A stretch of DNA of 32,650 nt from a virus. The translations under genes and the position numbers were made by a program. The DNA lies in IMG/VR virus record IMGVR_UViG_3300020442_000004, one strand, 5' to 3'. The first letter of the stretch is position 1. Every line of letters begins with the position of its first letter. Under the pieces are notes generated by a model. The model ran no database searches. It saw nothing but the letters and a program-made list of their open reading frames with translations, and was not told the DNA's origin. Positions 18,835 through 25,640 of the stretch are shown piece by piece.

Positions 18835-19072
18835 AGCTAACCTTTAGAGCTCTTGCATTACCGGGTACCTTTTCTATCCATCCTTTCTTTTGAAGTATAC
18901 CCATAATCCTATGAACAGTAGAAGGAGATCTCCTCATTGGAATGATCTGTTCTCCAGATATTTTACCTACTGCAATTTCTCTTTGAGTTGGATAGTATCC
19001 CATCTCGTTGTAGTACAATTTAAGGAATTTATAAACTGCACTTTGTTGTGGTGTAAGTCCTACTCTATTCAT
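18833..19072 (-). CDS. LexA N-terminal DNA-binding-domain-only protein (winged HTH, 79 aa, no S24 peptidase domain).
   Basis: LTPQQSAVYKFL....NEMGYYPTQREIA....SPSTVHRIMGILQKKGWIEKVPGNARALKV matches the LexA_DNA_bind pattern. ATG 19072 overlaps the RecT stop (AAATGAATAG). The ORF ends after the wHTH. Confidence 0.7.
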   Translation of the reverse strand: MNRVGLTPQQSAVYKFLKLYYNEMGYYPTQREIAVGKISGEQIIPMRRSPSTVHRIMGILQKKGWIEKVPGNARALKVS

Positions 19073-20018
19073 TTGGATCTCCCTCTGGATCCATCTCATC
19101 GGCTAAAGCAGAAAGCCTCTCGGTCTCTGCTATCTCCTCTGCCTCTTGCCATTGATAGAAGTTCTTTAACTTATCCATCATCTCTTGTTGCAGATCTTTA
19201 TCTTCCAAGTTCTCAAGAGTTTCTGCATTTGCTTTCTGGAAAGCCTCTACTTTCTCTCTCTTTGTAGCATTGCTCCAATGCTCTACTTGGTTTACTCTTA
19301 GTATTATATCGGCGAAGGCTTTACAAAAGTCTAACTCGTTGTCAAAGGTTTTGCTTTCCTTACCGGGTATAATGAGTTCTCTTGTTAAGTCTGGCGTTGT
19401 CTGATCCTCAATGCTCTCAACCTTGTCGGCAAGAGCATCAAGATTAGATGCATCCGATGGAAGAACTTTAATTTGTTTTTCTGCATCCTCCCCGTGTGCA
19501 TCATTGGGATAATCTCTCAACTCCTCGTAAGTGATTATCCCTTTGATTGCATCCGGAAAAGCATCTCGGATAGCAAAGCCTCTGGCTCTGTGCTGCAACA
19601 TTCTTTTAGGATAAGACTTCCAAACATTCCTATTCCACAGATTAGATTTTTCTGCATCCTCCTTACTGAATGTTCTTTCAGTTACCTCTATCTCTCCGGC
19701 TACATCTCTCTTAATAGTACAAGTGGCTACCATAGTTTTCTCATCTAGTTTCTCTTCACATCCTCGGAACGCCGGATGAGATTTAACTAAGCCTAACAAT
19801 TCATCGCCATAGATAGAAGGCTTACCTCCTATGATAGCAATAGATTGTAATGATCTCATTGGAGTAAGACCTATCTCCATACCCCATTGAATAGCAACCA
19901 AGACATTATTTGGTTTACCCTTGTATGCCTCTGGTACTAATCCAGATTTAGAAAGTTTATCGGCTAACTGCATATAGGTCTCTAATGAAGTAGACGATTG
20001 GTTTATTAATTTATTCAT
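19065..20018 (-). CDS. recT: RecT-family single-strand annealing protein.
   Basis: LVAIQWGMEIGL.PM.SLQ.I.II.GKP....D......VK ... W.SYPKRMLQHRARGFAIRDAFPD is a typical RecT signature. It is paired with an upstream exonuclease. Confidence 0.85.
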   Translation of the reverse strand: MNKLINQSSTSLETYMQLADKLSKSGLVPEAYKGKPNNVLVAIQWGMEIGLTPMRSLQSIAIIGGKPSIYGDELLGLVKSHPAFRGCEEKLDEKTMVATCTIKRDVAGEIEVTERTFSKEDAEKSNLWNRNVWKSYPKRMLQHRARGFAIRDAFPDAIKGIITYEELRDYPNDAHGEDAEKQIKVLPSDASNLDALADKVESIEDQTTPDLTRELIIPGKESKTFDNELDFCKAFADIILRVNQVEHWSNATKREKVEAFQKANAETLENLEDKDLQQEMMDKLKNFYQWQEAEEIAETERLSALADEMDPEGDPNE

Positions 20019-21003
20019 CCTTTATCTCCTTTATTGTAAATGAATGTCTCTCTGTCATCTGCCCGGTCTCCACCATTTTCTTTTTAGGAACCTCGGTAGT
20101 AACAGATTTTATTTGGTATTGATCTGGTATTGTAAGAACATCTATCTCAAGATTATCCAAGAGTTCAACTATATCTTGTTTAATACCATCCTTAGTTTTC
20201 TTCCACTTCCTCTCTTCAACCGAGGCAACCAGATAGTCCTCGGACATTTGAACCATATCTTGATTTGTTTTCTTTAGAATAGTTTCATCAAGAGTTTTAG
20301 TTCGCAGAGAAGTATCTTGGCTTTCAGATATTGGAGGATATCTTTTTCCATCCTCAATCATCTTCCAAAATTCTTTACACTTTTTCATAATAACTTTGCA
20401 GATCTTTTCATTGATCTCCATTGGATAGAGATGTAGATCTCCATCACTTGCAAAGCAAACAACGATGCCGTGCTTTAGTCCGGCACAGATCATCTGATGT
20501 TGTACTTGCAAACTCCATTCGGGTTTGAGTTTACCTCCCTTATAAAAATCTGTTTTGATTTCAATAATGTTTTTTCCCGGGAAGATCTTGATCGGCTGCC
20601 CCCGGACTTGGACTTCGTATTCTTTTGACGATTTAATTATGAAGTCTATACTTGAACCCATTCCCAGAGCCTTATGGTTTTTGTTGTAATATTCTGGAAC
20701 ATAGGCAAAGTCCGGTTGGAACCAAGACAGATCATCCAGATCCGGGAGTTCCCCGTAGGTACTTTCAATCTCCATCAATAGATTATTCCAGAACAATTTA
20801 AATGTCGGTAACTCTAACTCATTACCTCTTTGTATTGCCCAGAGCTTTTTTAGTTTATGATCTCTCATCGTAGAAACTTTATGCCTCGCATTAAAATGTC
20901 TCTCGTAGATCTCGTCTCTTGTGTGGAAACTATCCTTCTGTAAAACAAGGCAAGCAATGTCAGATGATCCAACTTGCTTGCCATCAATAGTTAACTTTGG
21001 CAT
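20011..21003 (-). CDS. YqaJ / lambda-Exo-like PD-(D/E)XK recombination exonuclease.
   Basis: IIEIKT ... QVQHQMICAGLKHGIVVCF motif. It overlaps recT by 8 nt, the classical exo-recT pair. Confidence 0.7.
   Translation of the reverse strand: MPKLTIDGKQVGSSDIACLVLQKDSFHTRDEIYERHFNARHKVSTMRDHKLKKLWAIQRGNELELPTFKLFWNNLLMEIESTYGELPDLDDLSWFQPDFAYVPEYYNKNHKALGMGSSIDFIIKSSKEYEVQVRGQPIKIFPGKNIIEIKTDFYKGGKLKPEWSLQVQHQMICAGLKHGIVVCFASDGDLHLYPMEINEKICKVIMKKCKEFWKMIEDGKRYPPISESQDTSLRTKTLDETILKKTNQDMVQMSEDYLVASVEERKWKKTKDGIKQDIVELLDNLEIDVLTIPDQYQIKSVTTEVPKKKMVETGQMTERHSFTIKEIKDE
20663..20681. repeat. 19-bp exact direct repeat, copy B (inside the exonuclease gene, encoding NHKALGM on the minus strand).
   Basis: Identical to 18816..18834. 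Confidence 0.9.
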
Positions 21004-21005
21004 TG

Positions 21006-21173
21006 TTACATTCCTCCTAGTTTAGTTGTAGTGTCAATCATTCCATAATAGTTTGCACATTTATCTGACAATGCACAAAGTAAAACAGAAAAAAAATAGA
21101 CGGCTACGAATATGCCTAACATCGCAACCATCTCTATTAATCCAATAAGGATTTCTTTAAATGTGATTTTCAT
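21006..21173 (-). CDS. Small membrane protein (55 aa).
   Basis: ATG 21173 has an AAAGGAG RBS and an ATGA overlap with the recombinase stop. Hydrophobic core LIGLIEMVAMLGIFVAVYFFSVLLCAL. Confidence 0.5.
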   Translation of the reverse strand: MKITFKEILIGLIEMVAMLGIFVAVYFFSVLLCALSDKCANYYGMIDTTTKLGGM

Positions 21174-21856
21174 ATTGCTCTCCTTTGTAACACATTTCTT
21201 ACTGATGAGGCATACCATTCTGCTTTTCTTCTGGTCTGGATCCCTCGGTTATTTAACTCAAGTGCTATCGCCTTGAGGCTCATTCCCCGATCCTGTAGTG
21301 ATTTGATCAGAGGATAAGTATTGTCTGCAAAGTTATCTGCATTCTCCTTGATCTTAGCGACACCAATGACCGATGCATCTTTGGTATCCTTCCTACCTAG
21401 GTGGGTAATTTCTATGCCCTCAGTAGTCGTATATGATCCTTCTGTGGCTATTATATGTTTGATCCTATCCATCGCCATCTTGGTTCTCTCGGAGATCATA
21501 ATCCTCTCCAGAGTATTTACCCAAGCAAGACCACCGATCATCTTCTGATCTAGGTTTGGCATATCAATAACATCAATTTCTATTTTACCTTTGGCTACTT
21601 CCTGTTCAAAGAATGTAGCTACCTCTGAAGTTCTCCCCAATCTTGACAGGGAATAAACTACCAGAGGAACTTTATTCTTTTTAGAATATCGGATCGCCTC
21701 GTGAAGGATCGGTCTCTGATCCCAAGACAATCCTCCGGACACGGCACACTCCCGGAAGATCTTTAGATCCTCCCCGGGATATTTCTTTTTGATAGGATGT
21801 AACTGATTATCCTCTTCCTGTTTATCAGTAGACACTCTCAATAAAACACACTTCAT
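21170..21856 (-). CDS. Small serine recombinase (resolvase/invertase family) with a C-terminal HTH.
   Basis: N-terminal LLRVSTDKQ (catalytic Ser), VVYSLSRLGR, ERTKMAMDRIK. C-terminal G.SLKAIALELNNRGIQTRRKAEWYASSVRNVLQR. Only 228 aa, so not a large serine integrase. Confidence 0.8.
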   Translation of the reverse strand: MKCVLLRVSTDKQEEDNQLHPIKKKYPGEDLKIFRECAVSGGLSWDQRPILHEAIRYSKKNKVPLVVYSLSRLGRTSEVATFFEQEVAKGKIEIDVIDMPNLDQKMIGGLAWVNTLERIMISERTKMAMDRIKHIIATEGSYTTTEGIEITHLGRKDTKDASVIGVAKIKENADNFADNTYPLIKSLQDRGMSLKAIALELNNRGIQTRRKAEWYASSVRNVLQRRAI

Positions 21857-22074
21857 TATTTATCCTCCATAAAATATTCTTCAGTTACTAAATTGTTAGG
21901 AAAGTTTTTATTACGACAACATCTTTTGATATGATCTTCCCAGAACCAAAAAGTATTCTTGACACCTAAGAAGGATCTGCCATCGTCTGGTAGGGTAAAC
22001 TGCAATTGCAACTTACCCTTGTTGTTTTTTATTGTTCTTGTGAAAACAATATTACCATCTACAAATTTAATCAT
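21856..22074 (-). CDS. Hypothetical protein (72 aa from ATG 22074).
   Basis: ATG 22074 has GAGAGG 7 nt upstream and overlaps the upstream stop (AATGATTAA). The track start at 22089 lacks an RBS. Confidence 0.5.
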   Translation of the reverse strand: MIKFVDGNIVFTRTIKNNKGKLQLQFTLPDDGRSFLGVKNTFWFWEDHIKRCCRNKNFPNNLVTEEYFMEDK

Positions 22075-22789
22075 TGATGTGCCTCTCATTAAAGTTAGTC
22101 ATCATTGAAAATTGTTTTAATGTAAGTTTATAATCCACATCAAACTTTGCCGGCTTGCTAGTTCCGGGAAAGCATCTTGCATTGAAAACTTTCTGGTCTC
22201 CATACATAAAGAAAAGCATTTGCTTTTGTGTACAGAAATCAAACTTAACAACTTCTTTATCCCAATCTTTTTTTATGATCTCTACTACCTCAAACATAGT
22301 GTCACAAACTTGAGAGAAATTACTCTCTGCAAATTCTCCATAGTCTGCACAATATCCAATGTGAAATCTGTTAGGTAATCCACTTTCTCTTTTACTCTGG
22401 TCTCTGTGATCAACAAAGATATGATACCTACCACATTGGAAAGATGGACAAGCGTCATTGCCATAAGAGATATCTACCCAATGATCCGGGATGTCTATAT
22501 CCTCAAGACAACTATCAAAGAAACTCTTGGTAGTTTCATTGTCGGTCTTTACATTACTCTTGCGATGATCTTTCTCATCTTGCTTTGCAAAGTATACGAA
22601 CTCATCCACTTGGTTTGCACTTTCCCAAGCCTCTTGAAATTTGACAACAAAGTCTGCTTGCTTTCTTGTAAGTTTATCTGTGTCTATTTCATCTGCACTT
22701 GGTAAAGGTTGCAGATCATTACGATCTCCCCAAGCATTGTATATTGAGACTAAAATATCTCCGGCATAATTATTATTTTTATTTGTCAT
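22067..22789 (-). CDS. Hypothetical early protein (240 aa from ATG 22789).
   Basis: GGAG lies 6 nt upstream of ATG 22789. Cys/His-containing middle (W.DISYGNDACPSFQCGRYHIFVDH). No family assigned. Confidence 0.6.
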   Translation of the reverse strand: MTNKNNNYAGDILVSIYNAWGDRNDLQPLPSADEIDTDKLTRKQADFVVKFQEAWESANQVDEFVYFAKQDEKDHRKSNVKTDNETTKSFFDSCLEDIDIPDHWVDISYGNDACPSFQCGRYHIFVDHRDQSKRESGLPNRFHIGYCADYGEFAESNFSQVCDTMFEVVEIIKKDWDKEVVKFDFCTQKQMLFFMYGDQKVFNARCFPGTSKPAKFDVDYKLTLKQFSMMTNFNERHIND

Positions 22790-22982
22790 TTGTTTCTCCA
22801 TCAAGTTTAATAAAAGCAATCGCAATCATTGTTATTGCCCATAAGCCATTAACAAAAATTCCAATTAGCACTCGTTCAATATCTGCATTGGGATCAATAA
22901 AGAATATGATCATCATTGCAAAGATACCTAGGATGCCGAAACACCCTAGGTTAAAAAAAGTAGAGGTAGATAATTTAGTCAT
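22779..22982 (-). CDS. Small two-TM membrane protein (67 aa).
   Basis: ATG 22982 overlaps the upstream stop. Translation is MTKLSTSTFFNLGCFGILGIFAMMIIFFIDP...GLWAITMIAIAFI. Confidence 0.5.
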   Translation of the reverse strand: MTKLSTSTFFNLGCFGILGIFAMMIIFFIDPNADIERVLIGIFVNGLWAITMIAIAFIKLDGETNDK

Positions 22983-23391
22983 CCCAAGTTCCCCCATTGT
23001 TATAATCATCAAAGTCAAAACCTAAGTCGTGTTGAACTTGCTCAACTTTTCTAATCTCTGCATCTAACTGATCTAAGATATCAGAACCAATGCCACTTTC
23101 TTTTGATCTGTCAACGGCATCAGTTTCTTTATTCAGAACATCCTTGAGTTCTGCCAAGCCTTTATCAAGAAACTTGTAAACACTATCCATCTTTGGTTGG
23201 TGTGTTGAAACTCTAAGGTATCTGATCTTGTGTAACTTCTGGGCAAGGGTATGCATATCATTCCACACATCCATCATTGCACAATGAATAAGGTTTAGAT
23301 CTTTACCTATTCTGTCTCTTACTTCTCCTGTTGGTTCATAAGAGTTTAGGAAATCTCTTTCCTTTGTATTTAGTTTAGTTACTTTTCCCAT
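22975..23391 (-). CDS. First gene of the leftward early operon, hypothetical (138 aa, acidic C-terminus).
   Basis: AGGAGAG RBS upstream of ATG 23391. No motif recognised. Confidence 0.6.
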   Translation of the reverse strand: MGKVTKLNTKERDFLNSYEPTGEVRDRIGKDLNLIHCAMMDVWNDMHTLAQKLHKIRYLRVSTHQPKMDSVYKFLDKGLAELKDVLNKETDAVDRSKESGIGSDILDQLDAEIRKVEQVQHDLGFDFDDYNNGGTWDD

Positions 23392-23421
23392 ATTTTGCTC
23401 TCCTGTTCTGGGTTTGTATTA

Positions 23422-23448
23422 TAGAACAAATAAACTCTACTTGTTCTA
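23422..23448. promoter_or_regulatory. Operator-like inverted repeat TAGAACAA-N11-TTGTTCTA, plus a third TGTTCT half-site at 23404-23409.
   Basis: Perfect 8-bp arms. It lies between the candidate -10 and the start of the leftward operon, in the divergent control region next to an RHH regulator gene. Confidence 0.45.
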
Positions 23449-23454
23449 CTATAC

Positions 23455-23482
23455 ATATTATATCTCTGTGATATCGTGTCAA
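23455..23482 (-). promoter_or_regulatory. Candidate sigma70-type leftward early promoter: -35 TTGACA (23482-23477), 16-nt spacer, -10 TAATAT (23460-23455).
   Basis: The reverse complement reads TTGACAcgatatcacagagataTAATAT. It sits about 65 nt upstream of the first minus-strand gene. A second perfect TATAAT (minus strand, 23423-23418) lies downstream. Confidence 0.5.
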
Positions 23483-23517
23483 TAGCAAATATATATTTTT
23501 TTTACAAGGAGTTAGAA

Positions 23518-23703
23518 GTGCAAGAAAACCAAGACTTAGTTCCATTATTTATTAGGATCCCAAAAGATCTGAAAGATAAATTGGATATCGTTTGCAAGAA
23601 GAAAAGGAGATCGCAAGCGTCATTAGTTCAAGAGATCTTGGAGGAAGATACGAGGATCAAGATCGCCGAGCAGCTACCCACTTCCAAGGTTAGCAATGAG
23701 TAA
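23518..23703 (+). CDS. Ribbon-helix-helix (CopG/Arc-like) transcriptional regulator (61 aa).
   Basis: GTG 23518 follows AAGGAG with a 6-nt spacer. LFIRIPKDLKDKLDIVCKKKRRSQASLVQEIL fits the beta-strand / helix / helix RHH pattern. Confidence 0.6.
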   Translation: MQENQDLVPLFIRIPKDLKDKLDIVCKKKRRSQASLVQEILEEDTRIKIAEQLPTSKVSNE

Positions 23704-24082
23704 ATACAAGAATATAAAATGCAAATATGACGGGGTAGTTTTTGATAGTAAAGCCGAGGCAAGTTATTACTTATCACATTTAAAACCAAGATTAGATCGG
23801 GGAGAAATTTCTAATCTAGAGTTCCACCCAAAAGTTAAATGCGAAATAGAAGGGAGGCACATATGTTATTACACGGCAGACTTCAGATACTTAGACAAGT
23901 TATCAGAAAGTCCACAAGGTGCAGTTGGTTGCCAAGTTTTGGTAGAAGTAAAAGGGTACAAGACAGATGTTTACAAATTAAAAATCAAACTCGTCAGAGC
24001 TCTTTATCCTCATATGAAAATCTTAGTGATCTCTGCAAAAGATTTAAAGTCCGAGATATCCTCATTGCCACTTCCAGAGTAA
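23696..24082 (+). CDS. DUF1064-like PD-(D/E)XK nuclease (putative structure-specific / Holliday-junction-type endonuclease).
   Basis: DGVVFDSKAEASYY..L ... YTADFRY ... VEVKGYKTDVYKLKIKL matches the DUF1064 pattern (FDS..E ... aDF ... E.KG). Confidence 0.6.
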   Translation: MSKYKNIKCKYDGVVFDSKAEASYYLSHLKPRLDRGEISNLEFHPKVKCEIEGRHICYYTADFRYLDKLSESPQGAVGCQVLVEVKGYKTDVYKLKIKLVRALYPHMKILVISAKDLKSEISSLPLPE

Positions 24083-24093
24083 CTAATGTTGGA

Positions 24094-24330
24094 ATGGATG
24101 AGGTACTATCGGATCGCAGATCTCCGGACTATGTTCTGGCGAGACATATAACTATGTATTTATCTTTTAAATATACAGGATATTCTTTTCCAAAGATCGG
24201 ACACATTTTATCCCGGGATCATTCCACAATAATTTATGGAGTGAAAAAAATTACTCGGCTTTTAAAAACAAATAAGAATTTACAAGAAACAATTTATAGA
24301 ATTGAAAAAGAACTAGATGGAAAAAAGTAA
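24094..24330 (+). CDS. DnaA domain IV (DnaA-box-binding HTH)-only protein (78 aa).
   Basis: RRSPDYVLARHITMYLSFKYTGYSFPKIGHILSRDHSTIIYGVKKI matches the Bac_DnaA_C signature (R...aRqiAMYL...t..S...IG...g.rDHsTV..a..ki). The first in-frame ATG after the upstream gene ends is 24094. Confidence 0.65.
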   Translation: MDEVLSDRRSPDYVLARHITMYLSFKYTGYSFPKIGHILSRDHSTIIYGVKKITRLLKTNKNLQETIYRIEKELDGKK

Positions 24331-25246
24331 AGTTACTCCGGATCCTGTAAGAGATCCACCGGTGGGAAAGTTTCAATGCCCGGGAGGTCATATGATAATG
24401 CCGGCAAGGGCATATGGAGATGAGAGATTTAATCAATTCCCAATGACATTTAGATGCCTAGCACTCTGCTGCTCACACGCTAATTCTTGGACGGGAGTAT
24501 TCTTTGTAAATCAATCTACGATCTCAAAGATAATGGGATCATCTCAACAAGCAATCTCACAACATATGCAGAGATTATTAAAGTATGGTTACTTGGAGAA
24601 ACTTCGCAATGCAGATATCCGGAGGAAGTATGGAAGGAAGGGTGCATTGTGGAGAGTGATCTACGATCCAAGAATGAGTTATAAAGATAGCCTAACTAAA
24701 CAACCTACCAAGGATAGAGATCCGGCAATGGAGAATGAGATAGCCGAGAATACAATGGCAATGGTTCACAACAATTATAAATCTAAAAGAAAGTCTGCAC
24801 ATCCTGTGGATAAGATAGAAGAGAACAAGCCGGGGATTGTACAAGGTGCAGATAGTAATAGTAATAATAACAAGTCTGATCTTGTACAAGAGAACAAGCC
24901 ACACCTAGTGAATAACTCCAATGATATAACTAATAATATATATATAGATAAAAATGAATGTAGAAGTATATGCTTATCATACAAGCAAATGGTCTACGAG
25001 TTATGGGGAACTGATTGGAGATACGATATGAGACAAGAGGCAATTGCAGAGGATCTACTCAAGTTAGGATATACCAAGGATAGTTTCTTGATTGACGCTA
25101 AGAAAATGCTCCAATGGAAGAGGAACCAGAACAAACCACCCATACAATCCTTGCAGTATTTCATATCCAGAAGGAAGAACAAGGATAAACCAAAGGATGT
25201 ACAGGGTATCATATCCCATATGGCTAACAGGATGAAACTCAAATGA
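24317..25246 (+). CDS. Putative replication initiator / replisome organiser with an N-terminal winged HTH.
   Basis: The pattern F..L.L..HANSWTGVFFVNQSTISKIMGSSQQAISQHMQRLLKYGYLEK resembles phage/plasmid wHTH Rep proteins. Alternative start ATG 24392 follows GGAGG. Internal repeats and an AT-rich tract lie within the gene. Confidence 0.55.
   Translation: MEKSKVTPDPVRDPPVGKFQCPGGHMIMPARAYGDERFNQFPMTFRCLALCCSHANSWTGVFFVNQSTISKIMGSSQQAISQHMQRLLKYGYLEKLRNADIRRKYGRKGALWRVIYDPRMSYKDSLTKQPTKDRDPAMENEIAENTMAMVHNNYKSKRKSAHPVDKIEENKPGIVQGADSNSNNNKSDLVQENKPHLVNNSNDITNNIYIDKNECRSICLSYKQMVYELWGTDWRYDMRQEAIAEDLLKLGYTKDSFLIDAKKMLQWKRNQNKPPIQSLQYFISRRKNKDKPKDVQGIISHMANRMKLK
24805..24960. promoter_or_regulatory. 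Candidate replication origin inside the rep gene.
   Basis: Perfect DnaA box TGTGGATAA (24805-24813). A 13-bp direct repeat AAGAGAACAAGCC (24819-24831 and 24888-24900). Palindrome TTGTACAA twice (24837-24844, 24882-24889). AT tract taataatatatatatagataaaaatgaatg (24931-24960). Confidence 0.4.
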
Positions 25247-25416
25247 TACAAAAACCAAAGGAACGATTGAATTTTGTACGCTACGACAATGTCTCAAGAC
25301 TTGTCAGAAAAAAAAAATTACGATCACCCCTTCTGCCCGGTGCATATCGTAGGGGGCATTGCTCCAAAATTTTTGGCAGAAAACATAGAAAACTTTTTGA
25401 AAGGAGAGAACAATGA
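25243..25416 (+). CDS. Hidden very basic 57-aa ORF bridging the apparent intergenic gap. It contains an A10 run.
   Basis: ATGA overlaps at both ends (rep stop and the next gene's start). Translation is MIQKPKERLNFVRYDNVSRLVRKKKLRSPLLPGAYRRGHCSKIFGRKHRKLFERREQ. Weak RBS. Below the track cutoff. Confidence 0.35.
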   Translation: MIQKPKERLNFVRYDNVSRLVRKKKLRSPLLPGAYRRGHCSKIFGRKHRKLFERREQ

Positions 25417-25628
25417 AAAAAGTTTATGATGTAGTACAAGCGAAGGAAATACCAGACCGAGAAAAGCCTAAATGGTTAAATATCGGTACTGCCTTTGAAA
25501 AGGAAGGGAATATCACAGGCATCAAGATTGATGTGCTGCCGATCCCGGACAATAAGGGCGAGATCTGGCTACGCTTGTTTGAGCAGAAGAAAAAGCAAGA
25601 CAACAATGACAATAGTGAACCTTTGTAG
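25413..25628 (+). CDS. Hypothetical protein (71 aa).
   Basis: AAGGAGAG RBS and a clean ORF. Confidence 0.6.
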   Translation: MKKVYDVVQAKEIPDREKPKWLNIGTAFEKEGNITGIKIDVLPIPDNKGEIWLRLFEQKKKQDNNDNSEPL

Positions 25629-25640
25629 TAAGTTGATATT

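Noticed and set aside
23461-23480. An E. coli-type LexA box (CTGT-N8-ACAG) near ctctgtgatatcgtgtca, and GAAC/GTTC spacing variants in the control region.
   Set aside because: The second half-site reads GTCA, not ACAG. The GTTC/GAAC spacings (N15) fit neither the alphaproteobacterial (GTTC-N7-GTTC) nor the Gram-positive (GAAC-N4-GTTC) consensus. The host is unknown.
23476-23517. The upstream GTG start (23476) given by the track for the RHH gene.
   Set aside because: It would begin inside the -35 element of the leftward promoter and has no RBS. GTG 23518 has AAGGAG at ideal spacing, and the RHH fold starts right after it.
23839-24093. The 5' extension of the DnaA-domain-IV ORF (track start 23839).
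   Set aside because: It overlaps the DUF1064 gene for about 245 nt in another frame and has no RBS. The recognisable domain starts after 24094. The extension is kept only as a remark in the finding.
25373-25390. Sigma54-like TGGCA element (ttTGGCAgaaaacatag) upstream of 25413.
   Set aside because: The -12 TTGC element is absent at the required spacing.
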